The notes under the pieces were generated by a model that saw nothing but the letters and a program-made list of their open reading frames with translations, had not been told where the DNA came from and did no database searches. Positions 17,271-27,716 of a stretch of DNA of 44,364 nt are shown here, piece after piece. This stretch comes from an uncultured Candidatus Saccharibacteria bacterium. Its GTDB lineage: Bacteria; Patescibacteriota; Minisyncoccia; Phycocordibacterales; UBA9973. Position 1 is the first letter of the stretch. Each line of letters starts with the position of its first letter. The position numbers were made by a program, and so were the translations under genes. Location of the stretch: contig CAYLXO010000004.1 of the NCBI GenBank assembly GCA_964387965.1, positions 1 through 44,364 of the forward strand. Reading direction: 5' to 3'.

Positions 17271-18812
17271 TTATTTACGTGGGAAAAGTGGTGCAGACAA
17301 TTTTTGTACCGTAAAACTATCTGGGAATGGAGTCGTGTAATTTCCAAGATGAAGTTTCATTGCAAGTGACGTTGCTGGGAGAATTGGCTCAAGAAGATCT
17401 GCGACAGTCGCAAGTCCTGTAAGTACTTCGTAAATAATTGCTGAGGCTTTCGCTGGGTCAGTTTTTGCTACTTTATACGGCTCAAGACGTGAAATCATGC
17501 GATCAAGGAGACTTACAAGATTCCAAATTTGATCTGTTGCATGTCCAATTTCATATCGCTCAAATGCCTTTGTGTACGCATCAAGAACGGTGTCTTGTAT
17601 AAAAGAAGCAACTGTTATCCCCTCAATAACTTCTGTCATTCCAAATCCATGCACCTCTTGCGGTAACGCAATAGACTCGCCTTTTACAATTGTGGCCCCA
17701 AGATTTGTAGCCATCGTAAGTGTGCGTGAAAGCAGATTTCCAAGACCGTTTGCAAGATTTGCGTTGTATGTATCGCGAAAACGTTCCATTGTGAATGGAC
17801 TATCTTCAAAGCTTGAAATTTCTTTAATCATGAAAAGTCGCAGTGCGTCTGTCCCAAATTCATCAACGACAACCTTAGGGTCAACGACATTCCCAAGTGT
17901 TTTTGACATCTTTATTCCTCCCTCACCTGTCACAAATCCATTAATGATGATTTGATACGAATTTGGTACACGTGCTGCCATAAGCATTGCTTGCCACATT
18001 GCAGACTGAAAGCGGAGATTATCTTTACCGCAATACTGCGTTGGATTTCCTTGCACCCAATATTTTGAAAAATCACCTTCTTCCTTAGGCCAACCAAGTG
18101 TAGAAATGTAATTTGTAAGAGCATCAAACCAAACGTACATAACATGTGCCTCATCATTAGGCACAGGAATTCCCCATGGCATACGCTCTTTTAATCGTGA
18201 GATTGAAAAATCCTCAAGTCCTCGCGCTACGAAAGCCTTTATTTCATTAAAACGAAAATCAGGCACAACAAAATCTGGACGAGACTCATACAATGCGAGC
18301 AACTTTTCGGTAAATGCTGAATAGCGGAAAAAATAATTTTCTTCTTCGATAGTTTCAAGCGCGCGCCCTGGGTGAATGGAACACTCTCCGCCGACAAGTT
18401 CTGAATCAGTCTTCACTTCTTCACATCCGACACAGTACTTCGCTTGATAATTTTTCTTGTATATATATCCATTATCGTAACAACGCTTCCAAAATTCTTG
18501 CGCTGCAGTTTCATGATTTTTATCTGTGGTACGGATAAAATGAATATCTCTTGTAAGTCCAAAAATCTCAACTGATTTTTTAAAACTTTCAAAACTTTTG
18601 TCTACAAATTCTTGTGGAGTAAGTTTATTCTCCCCTGCTTTTTCATAAATCTTCATACCGTGCTCATCTGTCCCTGTATTAAAAAAGACGTCAAAGCCAT
18701 GAAGCTTCTTATAGCGTGCTATTACATCTGCGCGAACAAACTCGAGTGCATGGCCCAAGTGAAGATCGGCATTTACGTATGGGAGAGTCGTGGTCAGATA
18801 AAATGGTTTCAT
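17271..18812 (-). CDS. metG: Methionyl-tRNA synthetase
   Basis: The class I HIGH-type motif is PYVNADLHLGHAL, and KMSKS appears as IKMSKTLGNVV. The Cys-knuckle is CVGCEE...ECSIHPG. Confidence 0.95.
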   Translation of the reverse strand: MKPFYLTTTLPYVNADLHLGHALEFVRADVIARYKKLHGFDVFFNTGTDEHGMKIYEKAGENKLTPQEFVDKSFESFKKSVEIFGLTRDIHFIRTTDKNHETAAQEFWKRCYDNGYIYKKNYQAKYCVGCEEVKTDSELVGGECSIHPGRALETIEEENYFFRYSAFTEKLLALYESRPDFVVPDFRFNEIKAFVARGLEDFSISRLKERMPWGIPVPNDEAHVMYVWFDALTNYISTLGWPKEEGDFSKYWVQGNPTQYCGKDNLRFQSAMWQAMLMAARVPNSYQIIINGFVTGEGGIKMSKTLGNVVDPKVVVDEFGTDALRLFMIKEISSFEDSPFTMERFRDTYNANLANGLGNLLSRTLTMATNLGATIVKGESIALPQEVHGFGMTEVIEGITVASFIQDTVLDAYTKAFERYEIGHATDQIWNLVSLLDRMISRLEPYKVAKTDPAKASAIIYEVLTGLATVADLLEPILPATSLAMKLHLGNYTTPFPDSFTVQKLSAPLFPRK

Positions 18813-18821
18813 GTGTAGTAT

Positions 18822-19847
18822 TTAGACCCCGAGGCCCTTCTGTTTCTTTACGTCATCGAGAAATTCCATTAAACAAACGGCAAATGGTACTGAGAGCATA
18901 ACTCCCCAAAAACCTGCGACTTTCATACCAACAAGTACTGCCAAGATAACAACAAGCGGAGAAATTCCGACTACCTTTTTAACGATAAGTGGAGAAATGA
19001 GATTGATTTCAAACTGATGGATAATCAAATACAATCCTGCAACCTCAAGAGCTCCAGTGCTTCCATGACTCAAATAGCCAGAAGCAACAGCAGGAATGAT
19101 TGCGAGCATAATACCAAACGGGATAAGCTCCATTACTGCCACAAGCAGTGCCAAAAGAAGTGAATACTTAATATCAAAAATAAGCAATCCAAGGTACGAC
19201 AAAACTCCTACGAGCACGCCAAGCAACAACTGCCCTTGAAACCATAGGCCAATTTTTCGATCTGTCCTTCTCCAAAGATCAACTACATACTCTGCATGTT
19301 TAGCAGGCGTAACAATACGGATAAACGTATCAATACCTCCTTCATGAATTGATAGATAAAATGAGAGCACGATAAGCAAGACAAAGTTAAAGAGTCCTCC
19401 AAACAATGAAATTGCGGCCTGTACCGCCCCTGTTGATGCACTTGAAGTGAATGACTCTATATCTGTAAAAATGTTTGTGATATTTTCGCTTCCAGCTGGT
19501 AAGTGCAAAACAGAAGCAGACGCTGGAAGATACTTTTCAAGTACACTTGAAAGCTGAGCAAACTGTTCCAAAAAGATTGGCACAAACAAGTATCCGAGTA
19601 CAAAACATGACGCAAGCGCGAGAAAGTAAATAATCACCACTGACACAGAACGATTCATTCCTCTCTTGCGTAATCGTTTGACTCCTGATTCAACAAATGA
19701 AGCGATAACAATTGAGGTCAAAAAGACAAAAACAATATCACGCAAATAATACAGTGCCCAAGCAAGCACAACAATAAGCAGTGCGTAGACCATACTCCTG
19801 ACGCTTATGTTCATATTCATAATCCCTGTATTATCGTTTTTTTCCAT
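18822..19847 (-). CDS. AI-2E family transporter (PerM/UPF0118) membrane protein
   Basis: The 341-aa protein has ~8 TM helices and the typical ...RKIGLWFQGQLLLGVLVGVLSYLGL...ELIPFGI... pattern. Confidence 0.75.
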   Translation of the reverse strand: MEKNDNTGIMNMNISVRSMVYALLIVVLAWALYYLRDIVFVFLTSIVIASFVESGVKRLRKRGMNRSVSVVIIYFLALASCFVLGYLFVPIFLEQFAQLSSVLEKYLPASASVLHLPAGSENITNIFTDIESFTSSASTGAVQAAISLFGGLFNFVLLIVLSFYLSIHEGGIDTFIRIVTPAKHAEYVVDLWRRTDRKIGLWFQGQLLLGVLVGVLSYLGLLIFDIKYSLLLALLVAVMELIPFGIMLAIIPAVASGYLSHGSTGALEVAGLYLIIHQFEINLISPLIVKKVVGISPLVVILAVLVGMKVAGFWGVMLSVPFAVCLMEFLDDVKKQKGLGV

Positions 19848-19885
19848 AGAGCTATCATACCATTTCTGCCCTTATGGTTAAAGGA

Positions 19886-21154
19886 TTAAAAACGGAGAAT
19901 ATCCTTGAATTCAGACTCCTTTTCAAATGGGCCAATAAGCGCCAAATTAAGGTTTTTATCAGTAAATATGGTCTTTGCCATATCCTGAATTTGCTTGACT
20001 GTTACAGCGCGAATCTTGCTCTCAACTTCGGTAGTATTCTCAAGCTTTTTGCGCATAACTTCCTGTCCACCGAAAAAGTTGGCCCATGCATCACTAGATT
20101 CAAGCTCGAGTTTCATATTGCCCACGATATACTCTTTTGCCTTATTCAACTCTTCTTTACTTACAGGAACTTCGCGAATTTTTCGACATTCAGCAAGAAT
20201 TTCACTGATTACTTCGCCAGTTCGATCGTTTGATACACCGGCAGAAATTTGAAATACTCCATGATCAGTAAATGTATCCACGCCTGCACGTACATAATAT
20301 GCGACACCAAGTTCTTCACGGAGCTTGATGAACAATCGTGAGCTCATTCCCCCACCCAAAATTGTTGCGAGAACCGAAAGCACTGCATTACGTTTGTCGT
20401 ATGCATCGAATGCACGCACAGCAAGCACTAGGTGTGTCTGATCTGTTTTTTTAAATTGAATATGAACTTGTGGAGACTTTTGTGCATCATTTGTTTTCTT
20501 CTTGTCCTCTTTTTTTGTATTTTTGACGCCTCCAAAAATCTTTTCGATTTCTTTTTGTACTTCACCCTGTTTAATATTTCCCGAAACAATTACTGTAGTT
20601 GCTTTTGGGACATAGTGTGCCTTTTTGTACTGAACAAAGTCGGTACGTGTCATTGCACGCACATTCTCACGTGTACCTGCGATATTCCAGCCCGCTGGCT
20701 GGTCACCATACATAAGTCCCATCAACAAATCCTGCACATGTCGATGTGGCATATCTTCGTACATATTTATCTCCTCAACGATGACGCCTTTTTCTTTTTC
20801 CATTTCAGCCTCGGGAAATGTTGAGTTCAAATAAATATCCGAAACTACATCAAGAATTTTCTTAAAATGTTTTGCATCACTCTTTGCGTAATATCCGGTA
20901 TATTCTTGTCCGGTAAAAGCATTGTACTGGCTTCCCAACCCATCAAGCTCAGCTGAAATAGCATGGGCGCTTGGGCGCTTTATAGTGCCCTTAAAACACA
21001 TATGCTCAAGAAAGTGAGATATTCCATTCTTTGCTTTTGTTTCGTATTTTGAGCCTGTTTCTACAAGCACAAGAACAGTTACGGTCTGATTATCCTTCAT
21101 TGGCACGGTGATAAGTCGTAGGCCGTTTTTTAACTTTGTTTTTGTGTATTTCAT
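19886..21154 (-). CDS. M16-family zinc peptidase (insulinase/pitrilysin-like)
   Basis: It has the inverted zinc motif HFLEH in GISHFLEHMCFKGT, a downstream Glu (EEINMYED), and is 422 aa long. Confidence 0.85.
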   Translation of the reverse strand: MKYTKTKLKNGLRLITVPMKDNQTVTVLVLVETGSKYETKAKNGISHFLEHMCFKGTIKRPSAHAISAELDGLGSQYNAFTGQEYTGYYAKSDAKHFKKILDVVSDIYLNSTFPEAEMEKEKGVIVEEINMYEDMPHRHVQDLLMGLMYGDQPAGWNIAGTRENVRAMTRTDFVQYKKAHYVPKATTVIVSGNIKQGEVQKEIEKIFGGVKNTKKEDKKKTNDAQKSPQVHIQFKKTDQTHLVLAVRAFDAYDKRNAVLSVLATILGGGMSSRLFIKLREELGVAYYVRAGVDTFTDHGVFQISAGVSNDRTGEVISEILAECRKIREVPVSKEELNKAKEYIVGNMKLELESSDAWANFFGGQEVMRKKLENTTEVESKIRAVTVKQIQDMAKTIFTDKNLNLALIGPFEKESEFKDILRF

Positions 21155-22458
21155 TATGAGAGACGATTCTTAATGTATTGTGATAGTTCGCTAATCAAAA
21201 CGCGTTCCTGTGTTCCTGTATCACGATCTCGCACTGTTACTGTGTCCTTATGTTCTGGATGTTCAGCCCCTAGTGTATCGAAGTCGATTACGATGCACCA
21301 TGGAGTTCCGATTTCATCCTGTCTTCGGTATCGCTTTCCGATGTTGCCGTTATCATCAAACATGACGCGACCAAATTCGCTCTTAAGCATTCCGTAGACT
21401 TGTTCTGCTTTTTCTACAAGTTCGGGTTTGTTTTTTAGAAGTGGAGATACTGCACACACAACTGGTGCGATAGATGGCTTAAACTTAAGATACGCGCGTG
21501 CTTTATCCCCCTCTCCATCTTCTGCATAACTTGAGGCAAGAAGCGCGAGTACTGATCTATCAACACCAAATGATGGTTCAATAACATCTGGAATAATTTT
21601 TGACTTTGACTCTTCATCTTGATATTCGAGTCCATGATTTGTAAGGTCAAAATTTGTGCGATACGCAAGACCATATAATTCCTTGCGTCCAAAAGGAAAA
21701 TCAAATTCAAAATCGATGGTGCGTTTTGAATAGTGTGCAAGATCTTCAGGCGCAACTTCTAGTTCGTGCACGCGTGACATATCCATGCCTACTTCTTCCA
21801 TCCACTCAAGCATTTCATCTCTGAAATACTGGAAATATTTTTCCCAATCTTCGCGCTTCAAGAAATATTCAATTTCCATTTGCTCGAATTCACGAACTCG
21901 GAAAATAAAATCTCGTGGGGTGATTTCATTGCGAAATGCTTTTCCGATCTGACCAATTCCAAAAGGAAGTTTTGGGTGGAATGAATCAACAATGTTTTTG
22001 AAATTAACAAAAATTCCTTGTGCTGTTTCTGGGCGAAGATACACCGTAGAAGCACTGTCCTCAACTGCGCCTATTTTTGTCGCGAACATCATGTTGAATT
22101 GACGCGCAGGACCAGTTGGTGATCCACAATCATCACATACCCCCTTCTCTTTCAATGTGTCTTCACGAAAACGTCGTTTACATTTTGTACATTCAACGAG
22201 TGGATCAGAAAAACCTGCAACATGTCCTGATGCTTCCCATACTTTACTACTCATAAGAATAGCCGCATCAACTTCATACATATCACTTTTTGATGATATA
22301 AACTTTTTGCGCCAGCTTTCTTTTATGTTGTTTTTGAGTGCAACACCGAGTGGGCCATAGTCCCATGTACCTGCAAGACCACCATACACCTCAGACCCTT
22401 GGTATATAAAGCCACGGCGTTTTGCGAGCGATTCCAATTTTTCCATTAGATTATCCAT
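21154..22458 (-). CDS. glyQS: Glycyl-tRNA synthetase (class II, alpha2 type)
   Basis: The protein contains RRGFIYQGSEVYGGLAGTWDYGPLG, LRPETAQGIFVNF, FRNEITPR and EPSFGVDR. Its stop overlaps the M16 start by 1 nt. Confidence 0.93.
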   Translation of the reverse strand: MDNLMEKLESLAKRRGFIYQGSEVYGGLAGTWDYGPLGVALKNNIKESWRKKFISSKSDMYEVDAAILMSSKVWEASGHVAGFSDPLVECTKCKRRFREDTLKEKGVCDDCGSPTGPARQFNMMFATKIGAVEDSASTVYLRPETAQGIFVNFKNIVDSFHPKLPFGIGQIGKAFRNEITPRDFIFRVREFEQMEIEYFLKREDWEKYFQYFRDEMLEWMEEVGMDMSRVHELEVAPEDLAHYSKRTIDFEFDFPFGRKELYGLAYRTNFDLTNHGLEYQDEESKSKIIPDVIEPSFGVDRSVLALLASSYAEDGEGDKARAYLKFKPSIAPVVCAVSPLLKNKPELVEKAEQVYGMLKSEFGRVMFDDNGNIGKRYRRQDEIGTPWCIVIDFDTLGAEHPEHKDTVTVRDRDTGTQERVLISELSQYIKNRLS

Positions 22459-22481
22459 ATATCTAACCTATCAGGTAGGCA

Positions 22482-24428
22482 TTAGTTTGTCACTATTTGT
22501 CCCCCTTCTGGGAAGTCTCCGTCATTACTCAAAAGAGTTGATATTGCTCCACGACCGGTTGTAAGTTTTGCACCAGTAAATGTATCTGTTGCTGAGACCT
22601 TAGATTCAAGAAGAAGTTTTGGTGTACTGCCAACTTGTGATGTTGATGGTGTAAAGCGTACTTGGAATGAAACTGATTTTGAGTTACCCGAAAGACCAGC
22701 TCCTTGTGCGATTTGCCCTGCGCTCCATGTGACCATACGTGTCGTTGCATCATACTGTACGTTTTCGCTCGACGGAGAAATAGTTCCCACCCAGTCAACG
22801 TATGTTGGCAATGTTGAAGTCACAAGTGCTCCACTAAGCGGATTTGATGAATTTGTAAGTGACCATGTCACTGTATACGTCGTCGGCTCATTCGCCTTAG
22901 GCGGAATTGATCCTGTGTTTGTAAATGGTCCACTGTAATAGTATGCCTCTTGTGAAAATCCAAGATCAGAACTAATCACTGCAATCTTTTCTTCAAAATT
23001 TGAAATATCACTTACCAATCCGCCAGTCGATGCCTGCTTCCCTTTTATACTTACCGCAAATTTCACTGTCGGATTTGCGAGTACTTGTTGTCCAGCTTTC
23101 CAAAGTGCAGATGTGCGGAATGAAAAATCGAGTGACCCATTGTCTCCTGGTTCAATGTTTGCGAGTTCTGGCGCAGTTGTTTTATCCCACACAATAGTGC
23201 TTGTACCTGAATTGTAAAATCCTTTCTTTGTTACAAGCGTGCCTAGATCGATACCATTTCCTGAAAACGAAACAGAAATTTCTGCATTTGTGATACGAGT
23301 TGAAAGATTGTTTGCCCAATTTACGGATACAAGCACAGTTGAATCACTTGAAACTGGAACTGTATTTTCACTTGAGCCATTGATTTGTAAGTCTGCAGCA
23401 AGGAATGGTTTTACGAGCGACACTACTTGAAGAAGTGAATTATATGTAACTCCAATCTTCGTGCCATCTTGTGCACTTTTTGCACCAGCATATACATGGA
23501 ATCCGCGATCTTCCCCGTCTTGCCCGTATACCATACCGCTTACACTAATAGTCTTCTCATCCCCAGGATTTAAATCTCCGATATCCCAAATATTGTCGAA
23601 TGATGTTGGGCTTGGTATTGCGTTTGCAAATTTAAATCCATTTGGGTATTCAATACGAACGAGAACACCACTTGTTTTGTTTTTTGCGTTTGATTTTATC
23701 TTGGTTGTAAACGTGAGCATCTGATTTGGGCTCGTTGATTTTGGAGCATCCACGGTAAGTGCGAGTGGTGCAGAACTTATCGTAACTGGGAATGTTGTCT
23801 TTTTTACAAACACAGCATTGGAACCATGTATGCGGTATTGCAACGTAAAATCAACATTTTTTATGCTTCCTTCTGCCCCGTATAATGTGAGAAAAATATT
23901 TTTTGTAGATGTCTTACCTCCACCAATTGTTCCGAGTGAATTAAGCAACCGTACATGACTCGCTCCACTTCCTGCATCTCCCCCTTTGTCATATTCAACA
24001 AACAAATCCGCAAGCTCAAGAGGACTCGCATTTTTGTTTACAACTTCGACTTCATATGGGACCTCTTCCCCTCCTGCAGCAAATGAATTTCCAAGCACAT
24101 TAATTTCAATACTATTTGTCGAAACACTATTACCTCCGGTAAAGAACATAACAAGTGCAAAAAGTGCAGCAAGACCTGCAAAGCCAAGTGAATACATGAA
24201 AAACTTTTTAAAAATTGTTGGGTGTGAAGCGATTTTTGATACCTTGCTTTCTGGTTCTGTAATTTTCTCCCATTCCTGCTTTACTCGATAGAGCTTCGGG
24301 TGTAGCACGTCAAAACGCTTTATGTGACGGCTTGCCAAATCACGACGATACAAACGACCATCCATGTCGTTTAATCGATGTGGTTCATTTTTATGTGTAT
24401 CTTGTGGATCGATGGGTTTCTCCTCCAT
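22482..24428 (-). CDS. Large membrane-anchored hypothetical protein with a beta-rich extracytoplasmic region (648 aa)
   Basis: It has a cytoplasmic N-terminal tail, one TM helix (FFMYSLGFAGLAALFALVMFF), and then ~540 aa rich in Ser/Thr/Gly/Val/Asn with no enzymatic motif. Confidence 0.65.
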   Translation of the reverse strand: MEEKPIDPQDTHKNEPHRLNDMDGRLYRRDLASRHIKRFDVLHPKLYRVKQEWEKITEPESKVSKIASHPTIFKKFFMYSLGFAGLAALFALVMFFTGGNSVSTNSIEINVLGNSFAAGGEEVPYEVEVVNKNASPLELADLFVEYDKGGDAGSGASHVRLLNSLGTIGGGKTSTKNIFLTLYGAEGSIKNVDFTLQYRIHGSNAVFVKKTTFPVTISSAPLALTVDAPKSTSPNQMLTFTTKIKSNAKNKTSGVLVRIEYPNGFKFANAIPSPTSFDNIWDIGDLNPGDEKTISVSGMVYGQDGEDRGFHVYAGAKSAQDGTKIGVTYNSLLQVVSLVKPFLAADLQINGSSENTVPVSSDSTVLVSVNWANNLSTRITNAEISVSFSGNGIDLGTLVTKKGFYNSGTSTIVWDKTTAPELANIEPGDNGSLDFSFRTSALWKAGQQVLANPTVKFAVSIKGKQASTGGLVSDISNFEEKIAVISSDLGFSQEAYYYSGPFTNTGSIPPKANEPTTYTVTWSLTNSSNPLSGALVTSTLPTYVDWVGTISPSSENVQYDATTRMVTWSAGQIAQGAGLSGNSKSVSFQVRFTPSTSQVGSTPKLLLESKVSATDTFTGAKLTTGRGAISTLLSNDGDFPEGGQIVTN

Positions 24429-24443
24429 ATGAGAACTATTCTA

Positions 24444-25001
24444 TCACAAATGGGACTGTGATAAGGCTTGATTGATATCGCGTATCAACCGATGCTGTTC
24501 TTTGACATCAAGAAGTGTGTCGTCAGTAGTAAGCGTTTCGCGAGAGAGATACCCAAGTGCAATAAGAAGTCGGGCCACAGTAAGAAGTTCTATGCGCCTG
24601 TATTCTTCTTTTTCAGTATTTGGAAGTGAAAATAATTCAAAAAGTCTTGTAAGTGTTTTAAAGATTTCTTCGTTGGGTTCCTCTCCTGTCACGAGTCTTC
24701 GTACAAGTGAGAAAACTCGAGCAATTATTTTTTCTGATTCTATAGTACCGAGGACAAGTGTGAATGTTGAAATACTTGTCGCTGTTGTTACTCGCCACAC
24801 CTCTTTACCACGCACCAAATCGACATTCGCACGCGAAAAATCTGCAAGTGTAAAACGAAGCTTTGATGAAAGTTTACGAATGCCTTGGGCGTGCGCATAT
24901 ACAAGGCCAAGATCTCGTGTATACAAAATAAGAACCTTTGAGTCTTCCCCTTTTGGAATCGAACCTATGACAAATGCTTCGGTGTGATGAATGTGGTGCA
25001 T
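24444..25001 (-). CDS. recO: DNA repair protein RecO (short form, no zinc finger)
   Basis: The N-terminal OB pattern is TEAFVIGSIPKGEDSKVLILYTRDLGLVYAHAQGIRKLSSKLRFTLADFS..VDLVRGKEVWRVTTA, followed by a helical C-terminal domain. At 185 aa it is shorter than typical RecO. Confidence 0.6.
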   Translation of the reverse strand: MHHIHHTEAFVIGSIPKGEDSKVLILYTRDLGLVYAHAQGIRKLSSKLRFTLADFSRANVDLVRGKEVWRVTTATSISTFTLVLGTIESEKIIARVFSLVRRLVTGEEPNEEIFKTLTRLFELFSLPNTEKEEYRRIELLTVARLLIALGYLSRETLTTDDTLLDVKEQHRLIRDINQALSQSHL

Positions 25002-25004
25002 AGA

Positions 25005-25916
25005 TTAAGAAATTACAGATAACATCACAAAACCGACAACCATAAGTGCGACTGCGCCGAATTTTTGCACCAATATCTTTTTTGAAATAGCCTCTTTCCC
25101 GAGCTTAGGTGCAAACTTGGTCAACAATATGCCGACGATGATAATAAAGAAAGGTTGTAATCCATTAACAAATTGAATAATCGCAATCGGAAGAACAAGC
25201 GTTACTGATCCACTTATCATGCGGGCAACAATATTTGTTGTTTCAGCAAACATATTTACTCCAATAACTGGAAATCCGTGCTCCCGTATTGCTCCTAAAA
25301 ACGACACTCGGTACGTCTTTATAAGAGAAAACAGCAGAATACCTGCAACAGCCGCTCCAACTAAATCATAAAAAACGCTCGTCCAAAAATCCGTTGAAAT
25401 GGCAAATGCTTTAAACATCACAATATTGAGTGCGATCATACTTGCGCCAAGCAACATCAAGAAAAAAGTTTTTGAGCGAATACGCGACTTATGTGGGTCA
25501 AACGATAGGACAAGTGCTCCAAGAAAAATCATACTTCCGGCAAAAAGCTGAAGTCCCGAAAGTTTTTCGCCAAGGAACATGACAGAGAAAATATATGCAC
25601 ATGGAGTAATAAGCTGAAATAACGGTGCGACATTTGAAGCTTCGTCATTCTTCATCGCATACAAGTACGGAATATATGAAAAAACAAGCATCGTACCTGC
25701 AGCAATCATCGGAAATGAAACCGTACTTGCAATAGGAGTTACAAGTTGCAAAACGTACACAATACCACCAGTAACGATAGCAGCTATCCCCGTAAAAATT
25801 ACGAGGGACCCTGCGTCTCTCCCCTTCATATACTTATCTACCGCAAACTTATCAATGTGATTGATTGACGCCCAAAGTATAGGCGGAATCATTGCTACAA
25901 GAATTACAAGTGACAT
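25005..25916 (-). CDS. EamA/DMT-superfamily transporter
   Basis: The 303-aa protein has ~10 TM helices in two EamA-like halves. Confidence 0.75.
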   Translation of the reverse strand: MSLVILVAMIPPILWASINHIDKFAVDKYMKGRDAGSLVIFTGIAAIVTGGIVYVLQLVTPIASTVSFPMIAAGTMLVFSYIPYLYAMKNDEASNVAPLFQLITPCAYIFSVMFLGEKLSGLQLFAGSMIFLGALVLSFDPHKSRIRSKTFFLMLLGASMIALNIVMFKAFAISTDFWTSVFYDLVGAAVAGILLFSLIKTYRVSFLGAIREHGFPVIGVNMFAETTNIVARMISGSVTLVLPIAIIQFVNGLQPFFIIIVGILLTKFAPKLGKEAISKKILVQKFGAVALMVVGFVMLSVIS

Positions 25917-25919
25917 AGC

Positions 25920-26504
25920 TTAGTGTTTGAACATCTTTTTAATTTCTGCAAAAGCCTGTGGAAGTTCATACCAACCTGATGATCCGTTCAAATGTCCACC
26001 GTTTTTTATTGCATGTATAGGTGCATTCAACTCCCCACTTAATTCATACGCTTCACTCATTGATACAACTGCATCATTGTCTCCATGAATAATTACGAAA
26101 TTGGCGCATGAACTACGAATTTTTTTAAAATCAAAACCTCCCGTAAAAAAATTCTTAATAACGGAATATTCTTTTCCTTCTGGAGAATGCACAGGACCTG
26201 AAACTAAAACAGCTCCTAATATTTTCTTTCCTTTAGGAAGAGTCTCAAGATATCGCAATATTGCAGGAACCCCAAGAGAATGTCCAACAAGAACAGTCCC
26301 CATGTCCGGACTAGCTACTTCTTTTTGTATAACATGTACCCAATCTTTTTTCTTAGGCGTATCAGGGTTTGGCATTGCAAGTGATACGGCAAAAACATCA
26401 AGGTGCTTCCCAAGCTCACCCATGAGCCACGGACGCCACCCGCCGTTTGGCTTACCGCCGAAGCCATGAATAAGTATTACTTTTGGACTTGTTTTTTTAC
26501 TCAT
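25920..26504 (-). CDS. Alpha/beta serine hydrolase, YdeN/RBBP9-like
   Basis: It contains VILIHGFGGKP, the nucleophile elbow GHSLG, IIHGDNDAVV (Asp) and NGGHLN (His). It is 194 aa long. Confidence 0.75.
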   Translation of the reverse strand: MSKKTSPKVILIHGFGGKPNGGWRPWLMGELGKHLDVFAVSLAMPNPDTPKKKDWVHVIQKEVASPDMGTVLVGHSLGVPAILRYLETLPKGKKILGAVLVSGPVHSPEGKEYSVIKNFFTGGFDFKKIRSSCANFVIIHGDNDAVVSMSEAYELSGELNAPIHAIKNGGHLNGSSGWYELPQAFAEIKKMFKH

Positions 26505-27090
26505 CTGCTTTTAGTTCGTTGATACGAGACATAAGGTCAATATCCATACGAATAGCTCGTTCAGCAATCGCACGTGCTGTCTCCATGCTGATATTAAGTG
26601 CATCACGATCAAATACAATATCTGCTTCTCGTGTAGAAACTCCAGTATTGTTTCCGTTAAACATATCAAATTCCTTACACGCATTTTTTATAATTTCGAA
26701 AAAATCACGAGCCATATCAGAAACTGCCAGTAAGTTTATATGTGTCCCTTCCAAATCCTGCAGAAGTTGCTTCCGCTCTTCAGTCTCAAATCCTGACGGC
26801 TTTTTTATTTTTATTTCCCCCTCGAGAGTGTCGTCGGCAAGTTCGAGCATGTTTTGCAATCCAGCAAAACTCATCCCATCTGTCATGGCTGGAACTCCAA
26901 GTTCTAAAATGTATCCTTCAAATTCAGCAGAAAGATACTCCCCGCTTGTCTCAAGCGAAAGAGAGAGGTCACGTCTAAAACCTTTAAGCGCCCCGACAAG
27001 AAGCTCTGCGCCTCCTTGCACCTTTGCAAGTTCTATTTCTAGTATTTCCTTGCCTTCAGCAAGTCTATCTCGTACTTCGCCTTCTATCAT
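26497..27090 (-). CDS. Acidic hypothetical protein (197 aa)
   Basis: The ATG start overlaps the HAD stop by 4 nt, and its own stop overlaps the next start by 8 nt, so it is translationally coupled. No motif was recognised. Confidence 0.55.
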   Translation of the reverse strand: MIEGEVRDRLAEGKEILEIELAKVQGGAELLVGALKGFRRDLSLSLETSGEYLSAEFEGYILELGVPAMTDGMSFAGLQNMLELADDTLEGEIKIKKPSGFETEERKQLLQDLEGTHINLLAVSDMARDFFEIIKNACKEFDMFNGNNTGVSTREADIVFDRDALNISMETARAIAERAIRMDIDLMSRINELKADE

Positions 27091-27716
27091 GCACTCATTG
27101 TACCAAAGAATCGGTATATTTCCGCCTCAAGTTCGGGCACTGTATCAACAACAGCAAACGGTTCAGCTTTTTCAAACTCTTCGCGGGTGTGAAGCCCCCA
27201 GGTGACACCTATAGAACGCACGCCACACTCATTCCCTTCTCTCATGTCGCCAAGTGTATCGGTAATGAATATTGTTTCGCTTGGCTGTAAACCATATTGT
27301 GTAAGTAATTGATTTATTTTTATTGTTTTTCTTGCATGAGTATCACTGCCGAGGATTTCCTCAAATCTATCTCGAATATTTTCTTCTTCGAGAGATTCAA
27401 TAATATGTCGCGAATGAGATGATGAAACTATAGCGAGCCTAAAATCTTTAGACAGATCAAGCACAAGCTTTCGTATGACATCGTGAGTAGTGAGTTTTTT
27501 GAGACCATCTTTGTACAACTCTTCCCAATCGGTACGAAGGACATATCCATCGTGTGTAACTGCATGATGTAGTCCATCGTAAAAATTCCCAGACGACATC
27601 TTTTTTAGATACTCGTCAGATAAATGCGGATTTGTGCTTCGCATAATACCAAGAACTAAATCCGTAGTATTAACGAGCACTCCATCAAAATCAAAAATTA
27701 CGAGTTTTTTAAACAT
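27087..27716 (-). CDS. HAD-superfamily phosphatase (phosphoglycolate phosphatase/PGMB-like subfamily)
   Basis: Motif I is VIFDFDGVLVNT, motif II is AIVSSS, and motif IV is FITDTLGDM. Its start overlaps the ileS stop by 1 nt. Confidence 0.85.
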   Translation of the reverse strand: MFKKLVIFDFDGVLVNTTDLVLGIMRSTNPHLSDEYLKKMSSGNFYDGLHHAVTHDGYVLRTDWEELYKDGLKKLTTHDVIRKLVLDLSKDFRLAIVSSSHSRHIIESLEEENIRDRFEEILGSDTHARKTIKINQLLTQYGLQPSETIFITDTLGDMREGNECGVRSIGVTWGLHTREEFEKAEPFAVVDTVPELEAEIYRFFGTMSA

